From the IMG/VR virus record IMGVR_UViG_3300017751_000001: DNA of 55,913 nucleotides; one strand, written 5' to 3'. The DNA comes from a virus. The notes beneath the pieces were generated by a model. The model was not told the origin of the DNA. It ran no database searches and saw only the letters and a list, made by a program, of their open reading frames with translations. The translations under genes were made by a program, and so were the position numbers. Shown here piece by piece: positions 9,390 through 17,581 of this stretch (position 1 is the first letter of the stretch; every line of letters begins with the position of its first letter).

Positions 9390-9632
9390 TTAGTCTGTTG
9401 GGAATTGTGCAAGTTTAGCATCAGCAAGTGCAGCAATCATTGTCCACACTTTCTGTCCTGATAGTTGATTCTCAGAACAAATAAATTCGACGGAATCTTC
9501 GATAGTTTCCATCACTTCAATCGCTTCGGATGTTAGATCAGTCATGTTAGTTTTGCGAAATGTGGGAATGTCGTTGATATCGGGACCGTTCCAAAAGTCG
9601 TCCCAATCTGAAGCGTTTCCAGTCGTAATCAT
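9390..9632 (-). CDS. Hypothetical protein
   Basis: ORF track; ATGA coupling. Confidence 0.65.
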   Translation of the reverse strand: MITTGNASDWDDFWNGPDINDIPTFRKTNMTDLTSEAIEVMETIEDSVEFICSENQLSGQKVWTMIAALADAKLAQFPTD

Positions 9633-9976
9633 GAGAAGATGTAACCGTTGTCGAAATCTTCGGTTGTGAATACACTGTTACCGTTAATAGCACCCGCAAA
9701 CTTTCTTACAAACCACTTGTAATTCTTTTGAAATACTCCCTCACCAGCGATGCAAAACTCATCACAAAGTGCATTCAAACGTGATTTAGTTGTCGTTGTC
9801 TGCCAACCACCATCAAAGATTGTCATGTCGTTGTCAGAAACCTCGGCAATCTTGTTACCGTGGAGACGTACAACAGAGACACCAGTTTCGGGGTCAAAAT
9901 GAACTGAAGTGTTAGCAGACTGCCAATCAGAGTTAGATTGAACAGCGGCACACATTTGAGTTTCGATCTTACGCAT
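9629..9976 (-). CDS. Conserved phage hypothetical protein
   Basis: Start MRKIETQM; LHGNKIA, GGWQTTTTKSRLNAL, GVFQKNYKWFV. Confidence 0.75.
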   Translation of the reverse strand: MRKIETQMCAAVQSNSDWQSANTSVHFDPETGVSVVRLHGNKIAEVSDNDMTIFDGGWQTTTTKSRLNALCDEFCIAGEGVFQKNYKWFVRKFAGAINGNSVFTTEDFDNGYIFS

Positions 9977-10034
9977 GATGAGAGAAGTGAAGAGGGTTAA
10001 GAGTGCGGTGAGGTCGTTTCCCCTCCACTCCTTT

Positions 10035-10092
10035 AATATACAGGAAGTGGCGGAGAAATCCACCAAAAGTGGACGGTTCTAGGGTTGTCACA
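10035..10092 (-). promoter_or_regulatory. Two-box motif promoter, copy 2
   Basis: TGTGACA-N10-CGTCCAC-N28-TATATT. Confidence 0.75.
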
Positions 10093-10309
10093 TCGCCTTC
10101 TTAAGGTAGATTTCGGCCAACCCGATCAGGGAGCCATCCTCTACCGTGGTAGGAAGGGGAGCGGTGTTCCACTTGTGGAAGGTCTTGCCCTCATCGCCTT
10201 CGTTCATAATGTCAGTGATCAGATCGCCTGTGATCTGGATGACGTTGGAACCCTGGTAGGTTGCTCCGTAGTGAGCGGAGAGGATATCGATTGCTTGTGT
10301 TTTGTTCAT
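10088..10309 (-). CDS. Hypothetical protein (GC-rich cassette)
   Basis: Start MNKTQAID just after a -10 box; ~52% GC by hand count. Confidence 0.7.
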   Translation of the reverse strand: MNKTQAIDILSAHYGATYQGSNVIQITGDLITDIMNEGDEGKTFHKWNTAPLPTTVEDGSLIGLAEIYLKKAM

Positions 10310-10315
10310 ACTGAT

Positions 10316-10374
10316 AGTATGGCAGCTTTTGAGCTGAAAATCAAGCGATAGTGTGCAGTTGCCCAACTGGTTTG
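10316..10374 (-). promoter_or_regulatory. Two-box motif promoter, copy 3
   Basis: CAAACCA-N10-TGCACAC-N29-CATACT, includes TTGATT -35. Confidence 0.7.
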
Positions 10375-10520
10375 GGTTGGTTGATGGTATGCTGGGCCAT
10401 CCCCGCTTTTGTGTCTTGAGAATCATGGCCACCACTAGACCAAAAACCTGTTTTTTCCATAATTCTGTCGGGAGTGGGTGTTACGTCATTCGCACCGCTC
10501 CCGATATGGAAAAAAGACTA
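10364..10520. repeat. 157-bp non-coding direct repeat, copy A
   Basis: Ungapped match to 13452-13608, ~28 mismatches by hand alignment. Confidence 0.9.
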
Positions 10521-10544
10521 AGTATCATTCATGACACACACATA

Positions 10545-10790
10545 TCATAGTTTGCTATTCGCAAGTCCAACAGATTTGCAATACATTTCTGATGCTTTCA
10601 TTTCATTTTGTTGATGATAGTCCATCCATGATTTGATCTCTGCTCGAAAATCATTAATCATATCATCCGCAGAAACTTCTTCACTAGCAAGATATTCTCC
10701 TACTATGTCACACAACAAACCGCGAAGATGTTGGCGATATGGAAATGTGTCATTGTAGGTAATGTTGTCAGTCACATTTAGATCAGTCAT
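10545..10790 (-). CDS. Hypothetical protein
   Basis: ORF track. Confidence 0.7.
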   Translation of the reverse strand: MTDLNVTDNITYNDTFPYRQHLRGLLCDIVGEYLASEEVSADDMINDFRAEIKSWMDYHQQNEMKASEMYCKSVGLANSKL

Positions 10791-10963
10791 GATTGTTTTA
10801 GTTGTTGAAGAGATTGAACCGCTGATTGCATTGATGAACGAGCATATCCTGCAGCGAAAGGATAACTCCGATCAGGATTAGTATCCGAACTATCTATCTC
10901 ATGACAGACACGAATAGCATCCTTGAGGTTATCAATGATTCTGTCGATTTCAGTAGTTTGCAT
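10787..10963 (-). CDS. Hypothetical protein (58 aa)
   Basis: MQTTEIDRIIDNLKDAI...SYPFAAGYARSSM...; coupled at both ends. Confidence 0.65.
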   Translation of the reverse strand: MQTTEIDRIIDNLKDAIRVCHEIDSSDTNPDRSYPFAAGYARSSMQSAVQSLQQLKQS

Positions 10964-11157
10964 CAATACTCCGATAGAATACTCATTCGACGTTGTTGAC
11001 GTGGCACATAAAGTGCTGGACGTTTGTAACCATTACTCTTGGCATACTGCACTCGATCGATATAATCATTATACTCATCTGGTGACACTATGTCATCCCA
11101 ATCTCCATCAAAATGTTCATCAGAAGAGTAGCGATCAGTGTAGGAACTGTGCATCAT
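10963..11157 (-). CDS. Hypothetical protein
   Basis: ORF track; coupled stops/starts. Confidence 0.6.
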   Translation of the reverse strand: MMHSSYTDRYSSDEHFDGDWDDIVSPDEYNDYIDRVQYAKSNGYKRPALYVPRQQRRMSILSEY

Positions 11158-11288
11158 TTTGATCCTTGAATAGTTGTTGAGTCATAGTAGTTCATCATCT
11201 GGGTATCACGTTGCGCTAGGAATAGCAGATAACAAGTGATACCGACAAAGATAAAGATTCCACTTAGTAAGTATTGAGTTACTTTCAT
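11154..11288 (-). CDS. Small single-pass membrane protein (44 aa)
   Basis: MKVTQYLLSGIFIFVGITCYLLFLAQRD... Confidence 0.6.
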   Translation of the reverse strand: MKVTQYLLSGIFIFVGITCYLLFLAQRDTQMMNYYDSTTIQGSK

Positions 11289-11289
11289 A

Positions 11290-11544
11290 TCACCAGCGAG
11301 TTTGAATAAGGGCCGAGTTGAAAAGTTGTGGTTCTGTGTGAAGATCAGTCACTTCATAGTTGTACCCATAAACACGATTATCAACCTCTTTTTCAAACGA
11401 TTCTTTGTTAATGTAGGACTTTGATTGCATGTCATTAGCAAACGTAACTGTCTTATACATTAGACGCTCACTAATACTTCCATCAGCATACTTGACGGGG
11501 TAGAAGTCAACAACCATGTTTCCGTGTTGTGCTGTGAGTTGCAT
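11290..11544 (-). CDS. Hypothetical protein
   Basis: ORF track; follows motif promoter copy 4. Confidence 0.7.
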   Translation of the reverse strand: MQLTAQHGNMVVDFYPVKYADGSISERLMYKTVTFANDMQSKSYINKESFEKEVDNRVYGYNYEVTDLHTEPQLFNSALIQTRW

Positions 11545-11571
11545 TTGAGTTGAATTGTTTGGTATGAATTA

Positions 11572-11629
11572 ATTATAGGGCATCTGGCGCCCTATGGGTC
11601 ACCAGGTGGCCACTTCATTGGCAGGCACA
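11572..11629 (-). promoter_or_regulatory. Two-box motif promoter, copy 4
   Basis: TGTGCCT-N10-TGGCCAC-N28-TATAAT; ATAGGGC/GCCCTAT inverted repeat in spacer. Confidence 0.7.
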
Positions 11630-11829
11630 CGGGACACGGTGAGACGGCGGAAACCATAATCACGCCACTGATCGCAAGACTCGTTAACAATACGATCATG
11701 CTGCCTCTCCATGCCCTTGTGAGTCGTACACTTGCGACACTTGCGAAAGTATACGACGGGATGCTGTGGCGACTCAGGGAAGTCAATCTCGATTTTGTAG
11801 TGAGAGTGATTAGCGATTTGAACTGCCAT
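11599..11829 (-). CDS. Hypothetical protein with CxxC (GC-rich cassette)
   Basis: Start MAVQIANH; RKCRKC; ~52% GC by hand count. Confidence 0.7.
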   Translation of the reverse strand: MAVQIANHSHYKIEIDFPESPQHPVVYFRKCRKCTTHKGMERQHDRIVNESCDQWRDYGFRRLTVSRVPANEVATW

Positions 11830-11854
11830 GGAGTGACTTTCTTTTGACTCTTTA

Positions 11855-11912
11855 ATAATACAGGCGGAGGCGAGGAAATCTACAAAAAGTGGACGGTTCC
11901 CCAACTGGTTTA
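11855..11912 (-). promoter_or_regulatory. Two-box motif promoter, copy 5
   Basis: TAAACCA-N10-CGTCCAC-N28-TATTAT-TAAAGAGTC. Confidence 0.75.
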
Positions 11913-11925
11913 TTTCTCTGTACTT

Positions 11926-12099
11926 TTACAGCAAACTAGGGTTATATTGCTTTACCTCGTCAATCAATTCATCATCAGACAAACTATCCAATTCGGCATT
12001 TTGCATGTCCACAAAATACTTTTGCAAATCATCTAGCGTCATTTGACTCAAGTCCCACTGAATAAACTGCTCTTGTAAATCATCACGAATTATAGTCAT
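11926..12099 (-). CDS. Hypothetical acidic protein
   Basis: Start MTIIRDDL with GGAGG SD. Confidence 0.65.
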   Translation of the reverse strand: MTIIRDDLQEQFIQWDLSQMTLDDLQKYFVDMQNAELDSLSDDELIDEVKQYNPSLL

Positions 12100-12386
12100 T
12101 TTACCTCCACTAATTCTTGTTGATACTGCATCCATTGCTCTTCTGTGATCTCATCCACACTCTCTTGAATCACCTGATAGATGTAATCGTTGTTTCCTAC
12201 ATCGTCAAAGATACGTGCAATCAACGCAGGATCTTCTACCTGAGCATCATAATCAAACTCACCATTTTCATCCTTTAAATGACAATCATTCTTGGTATAA
12301 ATCCATGCGCCACATTCTGCATCTTCTCCCTGTTCTTCAATCATTCGTGATACTCTGTCTTGAAGTTGCTTGAGAGTGTAATTCAT
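12096..12386 (-). CDS. Hypothetical acidic protein
   Basis: ORF track. Confidence 0.7.
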   Translation of the reverse strand: MNYTLKQLQDRVSRMIEEQGEDAECGAWIYTKNDCHLKDENGEFDYDAQVEDPALIARIFDDVGNNDYIYQVIQESVDEITEEQWMQYQQELVEVK

Positions 12387-12389
12387 GAT

Positions 12390-12581
12390 TCAATTAGTGG
12401 CGTAAGTTTGAGCAATTGCATCGGACTTAAATCGTCTGCATAACTTAAACAAGAGTTTCAAGTCATCTGCAATCACATATCGAAATGAAGATGATTCGAT
12501 GATAAACTTATCATCTTCCAACCAAACTTGTGGAAGTTGTTTCTTGTAGATTGGGAAATCAGTTGGCATAATGTTAATCAA
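12390..12581 (-). CDS. Hypothetical protein
   Basis: ORF track; start uncertain. Confidence 0.6.
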   Translation of the reverse strand: MINIMPTDFPIYKKQLPQVWLEDDKFIIESSSFRYVIADDLKLLFKLCRRFKSDAIAQTYATN

Positions 12582-12730
12582 CCTCCGAACATGTCGTCGA
12601 ATAGTTGTTGTCCAGAGCGCTCATCATTTTCATATTTCTTTGCATATTGTGCCATGCGTTCGAGTGCTTCATCGCGAGAGATTGACTCAGGGAAGAAATA
12701 CTCACGGCCTGATGGAGTTGTGTAGCGCAT
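12578..12730 (-). CDS. Hypothetical protein (50 aa)
   Basis: Start MRYTTPSGREY after motif promoter copy 6. Confidence 0.65.
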   Translation of the reverse strand: MRYTTPSGREYFFPESISRDEALERMAQYAKKYENDERSGQQLFDDMFGG

Positions 12731-12756
12731 TTGGGTTCGTTTCTTTTGACTCTTTA

Positions 12757-12814
12757 ATAATACAGGCAAAGGGGGCGAAATCCACCAAAAGTGGACGGTT
12801 CGCCCACAGGCACA
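12757..12814 (-). promoter_or_regulatory. Two-box motif promoter, copy 6
   Basis: TGTGCCT-N10-CGTCCAC-N28-TATTAT-TAAAGAGTC. Confidence 0.75.
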
Positions 12815-12816
12815 CG

Positions 12817-13161
12817 TCAGCGAACGTATAAAAATGAACCGTAAGGATCTACGATCTCAGGGTGATCAGTCAAGAAATCAATATAGAACCGAATGCCTTT
12901 CGCAGGTGCTTTATGTGATGCTGGTTTGTAACATGCACCAGTCTCTTTGTCGATGAACATGAACACACCATTATTTGAAAAACTGTTATCAGCATGAACC
13001 CTGAATTGATTCACCTTGATATATTTTTTGCCTACACTATATTCTAACTTAGAGTATGAACTATGTCCCGATTCAATTGCATTAACTTTCCATCGATTGC
13101 TGACAACCTCAAGAAAACATTCGGTGAGATATTCTGTTTTGGATTGAGTGATTGTTGTCAT
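12817..13161 (-). CDS. Conserved phage hypothetical protein
   Basis: GKKYIKV...FIDKETGACYKPASHKAPAKGIRF...DPYGSFLY. Confidence 0.75.
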   Translation of the reverse strand: MTTITQSKTEYLTECFLEVVSNRWKVNAIESGHSSYSKLEYSVGKKYIKVNQFRVHADNSFSNNGVFMFIDKETGACYKPASHKAPAKGIRFYIDFLTDHPEIVDPYGSFLYVR

Positions 13162-13191
13162 GATGATAATAAAAAGTTTGTGAAGTTTGAA

Positions 13192-13380
13192 TCAGAAAGG
13201 GTTAGACCATGACTCATACTTTTTCATGGTGATGTAACCTTCCTTACAAAGTTCATCAGTGAAGCAACTCCATGCTTCTGCTTTTGCAATACTATCTGTT
13301 GCCCACTGTGTGCCCATAGTTGAAACTTTCCAGTTGTAACGGAACTGCTCCAGTGCTTGTGCTTTGGTGGTTGATCGCAT
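13192..13380 (-). CDS. Hypothetical protein
   Basis: ORF track; follows motif promoter copy 7. Confidence 0.7.
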   Translation of the reverse strand: MRSTTKAQALEQFRYNWKVSTMGTQWATDSIAKAEAWSCFTDELCKEGYITMKKYESWSNPF

Positions 13381-13405
13381 TCGGTTGAATTCCTTTGACT
13401 CTTTA

Positions 13406-13462
13406 ATAATACACGATTTTCAGGTCTGTGCGAGTTTAGTGGACACCTTGGCAACTGGTTTG
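13406..13462 (-). promoter_or_regulatory. Two-box motif promoter, copy 7
   Basis: CAAACCA-N10-TGTCCAC-N27-TATTAT-TAAAGAGTC. Confidence 0.75.
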
Positions 13463-13608
13463 GTTTGGTTGGTGGTACTCTGACATGCCCTCGTTTTCCT
13501 ATCTTGAGAACCCTTGCCACCACTAGACCGAAAACCTGTTTTTTCCATAATTCTATCAGGCACGGGTGTTACGTCATTCGCACCGCTCACGATATCAAAA
13601 AAACACTA
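13452..13608. repeat. 157-bp non-coding direct repeat, copy B
   Basis: Ungapped match to 10364-10520 (offset 3088 bp). Confidence 0.9.
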
Positions 13609-13623
13609 ATTAACATTTAACCA

Positions 13624-13932
13624 TCACACGAAGAACTGCTCTAATGGAGTTAAATTAAGTTGCATTGCAGTATATGGAGAAGTTTCATTTATGTTAACTT
13701 CAACACCTACTTTATTACAATTGACGGGGGCATGGTAAGTGTGCGTACTGCTTCTCTTTGTTCTTTTATGTTTGACGAATCCCCAGATACAACGAGATTC
13801 ATCACCATCATTGTAGAGAAACCTACGATCAGATATAGTCCAGATAGCATCCACATTAGTTTTAAATTGTATCGACTCATAGCGGTATCCTTTGGGTGGT
13901 TGATGAATAAAATCGGAGGGAAGTTCGATCAT
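13624..13932 (-). CDS. Conserved cyanophage hypothetical protein
   Basis: ORF track; IWGFVK...YHAPVN...TSPYTAM. Confidence 0.75.
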   Translation of the reverse strand: MIELPSDFIHQPPKGYRYESIQFKTNVDAIWTISDRRFLYNDGDESRCIWGFVKHKRTKRSSTHTYHAPVNCNKVGVEVNINETSPYTAMQLNLTPLEQFFV

Positions 13933-14225
13933 AGTTTGCCACTCACAACGGAGGATCCTACGACTCTAGTGTATTGTTCAAGTGTGCCATCTTGAAGACA
14001 CTTAAGATGAAATCTTGTCATCTGAGTAACACCATCTTCAGTGGCGCCAGTAAGAAAGTTAGCACCATAAGGTTCTTTTAAGACACTAGTATAAAGTCCA
14101 AACCGTGTCTTTTTAACGTAAAAGGCATCATCAATCCAGACTTGATCATCAGGAATATTCTTTTCAGTTGTAGGATTAGAACCTAGAGAATCTCTAAGTG
14201 TTGTTTTTGGTTGTTGATCAGTCAT
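13929..14225 (-). CDS. Hypothetical protein
   Basis: ORF track; ATGA coupling. Confidence 0.7.
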   Translation of the reverse strand: MTDQQPKTTLRDSLGSNPTTEKNIPDDQVWIDDAFYVKKTRFGLYTSVLKEPYGANFLTGATEDGVTQMTRFHLKCLQDGTLEQYTRVVGSSVVSGKL

Positions 14226-14464
14226 AATGTTGATACTAATTTAGATAGACCAATGACCATGAGGAATCCTAACATTCCCACAACGTCATAAGACTTAGTT
14301 CTGATGAAATATGGCAGTGACATTGTATCCCCAATCAGGTTCATTGTCACCCCAAGATAAACATTCACATGTAAAACAATAAAATAGGCAGCAATCACGA
14401 AGATGCTACCTAAGATTCTCATGGGAACGTCTAATCTCGGCAAAGAGATTGATCCATTTGACAT
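14222..14464 (-). CDS. Small membrane protein
   Basis: Three hydrophobic stretches; true start may be internal. Confidence 0.6.
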   Translation of the reverse strand: MSNGSISLPRLDVPMRILGSIFVIAAYFIVLHVNVYLGVTMNLIGDTMSLPYFIRTKSYDVVGMLGFLMVIGLSKLVSTL

Positions 14465-14571
14465 AGTTTTTCGTTCCGTGATTCAATAGTTTTCATCATG
14501 TCTGAGTTTAGCAAACTGACTAGAAGGTTTACACCTAATAGAACAACGATGGCAGAAAGTGCAATCCTCAT
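14431..14571 (-). CDS. Small membrane-anchored protein (46 aa)
   Basis: MRIALSAIVVLLGVNLLVSLL...EKLCQMDQSLCRD*. Confidence 0.55.
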   Translation of the reverse strand: MRIALSAIVVLLGVNLLVSLLNSDMMKTIESRNEKLCQMDQSLCRD

Positions 14572-14984
14572 GCTGCTACCTCTTCAGGGATTTCAATGAG
14601 TTGTCCGAAAGAATCGGACCATGTTTTAACATCATAACAGAACCATTCACCTTTGTCAAAAATATAAGCGTATTCTGCACCACAGTTATCACACTGATCG
14701 AAATACTCAGTGATTGATTCTGCAAGTTTAGGTGCATTCTCTTCGATAGATTCGCCACGACCAGTGTAATACTGAACGTGTTCGGCACACTTCTTACGAT
14801 CCCAATCAGTATCTGAAGCAATACATGACATATTGCCACCGTCAATTAGTTCTGAAACATCTTCTTTGGTGGTATACTTTTTGGATAGAGTAACACCCAA
14901 CCACTCAGGATAACCATCCCAGTGATGATAAACACTAACAATACCGCCATTAAGTTGGATGCCGATGCGAGCGTTAGTTGACAT
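14568..14984 (-). CDS. Conserved phage hypothetical protein
   Basis: Start MSTNARIG; VYHHWDGYPEWLG, AEYAYIF. Confidence 0.75.
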   Translation of the reverse strand: MSTNARIGIQLNGGIVSVYHHWDGYPEWLGVTLSKKYTTKEDVSELIDGGNMSCIASDTDWDRKKCAEHVQYYTGRGESIEENAPKLAESITEYFDQCDNCGAEYAYIFDKGEWFCYDVKTWSDSFGQLIEIPEEVAA

Positions 14985-15144
14985 AAAGAAAGAATGAAAA
15001 AGAGAGTGAGAGAGAGGCGGTTCCACGTAAGGGAACACATTTAATTTACCTCTCGATTTGTGTGGAGTTTATCACCAGCAGTAGAGTTGCCAACTGACTC
15101 ACTTAGGAGTGATGAATGGGTGTCCTGTTCCCCTCCACTCATCT

Positions 15145-15203
15145 AATATACATGATATGGGTGGTCTGTGGGAGGTTAGTGGACACTTTGTGCCACTGTC
15201 CAC
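15145..15203 (-). promoter_or_regulatory. Two-box motif promoter, copy 8 (perfect palindromic boxes)
   Basis: GTGGACA-N11-TGTCCAC-N28-TATATT. Confidence 0.78.
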
Positions 15204-15437
15204 TCAGTCTCTAATAAAATTATACTTTGCGTCACCTTTTTTCTCTTCTGGCTTATCTTCAGTCAGAACATCTGCGCCGTCAGACTCTTCCAAGTCCATC
15301 ATTTTTGGCTCATCAGCAATCATAACTGGTTCTGGCTCTGGTGCAGCAACTGGTGCGGGTGGCGTTGGTGCTGCTGGTGCTGGTGCTGTGGGTTCAGGTG
15401 AGGATTTTCCACCTAGCAATTCTCCGAATCTTGTCAT
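15204..15437 (-). CDS. Pro/Ala-rich hypothetical protein
   Basis: MTRFGELLGGKSSPEPTAPAP...; AATAAATA late-type motif at 15461-15468. Confidence 0.65.
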   Translation of the reverse strand: MTRFGELLGGKSSPEPTAPAPAAPTPPAPVAAPEPEPVMIADEPKMMDLEESDGADVLTEDKPEEKKGDAKYNFIRD

Positions 15438-15466
15438 CGTTGTTAAGGAATAGTACAATTTATTTA

Positions 15467-16357
15467 TTACCAAGTTTTGATTTTGGTAAAGTTGCGATAT
15501 GAAAACTCACGACGATTTACAAGTTTATAGGTGCCATACTTATTGGTCACAACGTAACCCTCATGATCACAATCTTCATCATCAAACTGTACCTGAACGT
15601 TTTCATCAGATGTGATCCCTTTCATCATCAATCGTTTGATTTCCATGATAGTTTTATAGAGCAATGTCATGGTCTTACCCATACCTGCATTAGAAATATC
15701 AGTATTCTCACGAATACACTTATTAACCGCTACTTTGAGTTCCTTTCCTCTCTGTTTCTCAGGAAATCTAACAAGATTTGCAACCACAGAAGCAAAATTA
15801 ATAAGGTAGTCAATTCTACGACTACGGGAGGTAAAATGAGCATCAGTGTTCAGATATCGAGTGTTACTGTTATGTTCATATCTATCCCACTTAGCATCAA
15901 AGTTTGCACACATTGTCTTGAGATCTTTACCATGATAACTGGTATGTACTGCTACAACAATACCCTTATCAATCGTCTCGTCAAAGTTATATGTGAGTGT
16001 GTTTGGAGTAAAAGTATCAGTTCCACCAAAACCTATAAAATCACCTTGCCAAACTCCTGGAGTCTTACGCAAACACTCGAAACATGTATGTAAGATAGCA
16101 GCAACCTTAGGAAGATGTCCGTGATTGAGTTCTATATCATGATGACTATAATTGATCTTTACTTTTACCTTATTGAATACACTTTTTGTACCAACAAACC
16201 ACTTTCCTTCATTTGTACCGAATACTATAGCGGGAGCACCGTCCCACTTAACAGTGGCGGTGCTGCTACGATCACGCAAGAACTGGAGCATATTGTTAAA
16301 GGTCTCGCGATTATATAAAATCGCGTCCTCGGGGTGCTCAAGGTGGGTGTTTTTCAT
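15467..16357 (-). CDS. Putative ligase-like nucleotidyltransferase (DUF6267-like)
   Basis: MKNTHLEHPED; KWDGAP, QGDF, HEGYVV, YKLV motifs. Confidence 0.65.
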   Translation of the reverse strand: MKNTHLEHPEDAILYNRETFNNMLQFLRDRSSTATVKWDGAPAIVFGTNEGKWFVGTKSVFNKVKVKINYSHHDIELNHGHLPKVAAILHTCFECLRKTPGVWQGDFIGFGGTDTFTPNTLTYNFDETIDKGIVVAVHTSYHGKDLKTMCANFDAKWDRYEHNSNTRYLNTDAHFTSRSRRIDYLINFASVVANLVRFPEKQRGKELKVAVNKCIRENTDISNAGMGKTMTLLYKTIMEIKRLMMKGITSDENVQVQFDDEDCDHEGYVVTNKYGTYKLVNRREFSYRNFTKIKTW

Positions 16358-16363
16358 GAGTTT

Positions 16364-16424
16364 ATAATAAACCATAAAAAACGCCTTGTCTGCCCCCTAT
16401 GTGACAGTTTTTATATAAGCACAC
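16364..16424 (-). promoter_or_regulatory. Two-box motif promoter, copy 9 (degenerate)
   Basis: GTGTGCT-N11-TGTCACA-N30-TATTAT. Confidence 0.55.
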
Positions 16425-16483
16425 CCCCAAAACGATGATACTGATGTTTTTGGGCGCTTTTTATATAAAAGGCAATTTGCCAT

Positions 16484-16509
16484 AAAAAAAGACCCTCACT
16501 CGGAGGGTC
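16484..16509 (-). terminator. Intrinsic terminator
   Basis: GACCCTC-CGAGT-GAGGGTC-TTTTTTT. Confidence 0.8.
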
Positions 16510-16654
16510 GTTCTTCTAGTGTATATTTCGATTTCTTAAGTTTATATCTTTTAATATATTTCTCGGCGTGTTCTCGACACACAAAGTGACAAACAGCGTC
16601 CTTAGTCTCCAATCTAAATGGAAATGCCTTCCATGGAAATTTCTCTTTTACCAT
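16496..16654 (-). CDS. Small hypothetical protein (52 aa)
   Basis: MVKEKFPWKAFPFRLETKDAVCHFVCREHAEKYIKRYKL... Confidence 0.6.
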   Translation of the reverse strand: MVKEKFPWKAFPFRLETKDAVCHFVCREHAEKYIKRYKLKKSKYTLEERPSE

Positions 16655-16657
16655 TAA

Positions 16658-17215
16658 TTATCGGATAGGAATATTAAATGACATGATTGTTCTTTGATCA
16701 TTACTTGCATTTGGTTGTGATTCATGACCAATTGCAGCAGGGAAAAGTATAATATCACCCTCCTGAACGTCTGGAAGTTGCATCATTAATACTCTACCAT
16801 AGAGAGGATCTAGGTAAGGACATTGAAGCATAGTAGAGGTATGTATCTCGGGATTAAACTCAAGATGGAGAACACCAGATATATTACCAAACCCATGATT
16901 ATGCAAACCATGATAGTCTCCACAGTGATATCTTTGAGTCCATAGTTGAAACTTAGTATAGTCACCATGTCGAGGAAGACCTACTTTTTGCCAAACATCT
17001 TCCAGGGGTTCGCCAATTAATTTCCACCACTTTTCTAGGTATGGATGTGGTGTAACATTGCCAACCTTAAAGAAATCAGTGGTACAAGTATTATTCTTAC
17101 ATTCATCACCATCAAGATCAATCATCTCAAGTAATTGAGGTTTCAACTCGTCCCAATTAGGCAGAGAAATCTTATGAACAGGTATTCCGAAGAGATCAAG
17201 TGATCCGAAAGTCAT
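16658..17215 (-). CDS. 2OG-Fe(II) oxygenase-like protein
   Basis: HGLHNH, ISGVLH, EGDIILFPAAIGHES, RTIMSFN. Confidence 0.8.
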   Translation of the reverse strand: MTFGSLDLFGIPVHKISLPNWDELKPQLLEMIDLDGDECKNNTCTTDFFKVGNVTPHPYLEKWWKLIGEPLEDVWQKVGLPRHGDYTKFQLWTQRYHCGDYHGLHNHGFGNISGVLHLEFNPEIHTSTMLQCPYLDPLYGRVLMMQLPDVQEGDIILFPAAIGHESQPNASNDQRTIMSFNIPIR

Positions 17216-17344
17216 TTGCGTCTTTTGTCCTTTTTGCGAAGTTTAGTGCCTGGTCTCTTTAAATCTTTTCTAAGATTTTGTAGAAACTTAAAGTGTGCTC
17301 TTAGTGGGTCAATCACATGTAGACTGACCCTAATATCTCGATCT

Positions 17345-17581
17345 TTACTCAATTTCAATCCATCGTAAGTTTGGGATATCATCGTCATTATACTGACTCA
17401 TATCGTCCACAAAAGTCCACTCAGAGTCTTCAGATTCGTCATCAACAACCATCTCACTGACGATTGATTTTGCATCATCGTAACGATCCTCACCGACTAA
17501 TACTTCCAAACGAGAAGCATAAGTATTTTCTAGATTGTCGAGACAGTTGTCACGAATTTGTTCGATCATTGTGTTTTGCAT
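17345..17581 (-). CDS. Acidic hypothetical protein
   Basis: ORF track. Confidence 0.65.
   Translation of the reverse strand: MQNTMIEQIRDNCLDNLENTYASRLEVLVGEDRYDDAKSIVSEMVVDDESEDSEWTFVDDMSQYNDDDIPNLRWIEIE

Noticed and set aside
10341-10460. Short MEKTGF.SSGG.. frame open in both repeat copies
   Set aside because: Differences between copies are mostly non-synonymous and there is no SD, so coding constraint is unlikely
13224-13523. ORF similar to the N-terminal extension of 10088..10435
   Set aside because: Similarity comes from the 157-bp DNA repeat; both frames cross promoters
14990-15140. Known riboswitch or ribozyme (glnA, Downstream-peptide, hammerhead)
   Set aside because: Their conserved cores were not recognisable by eye
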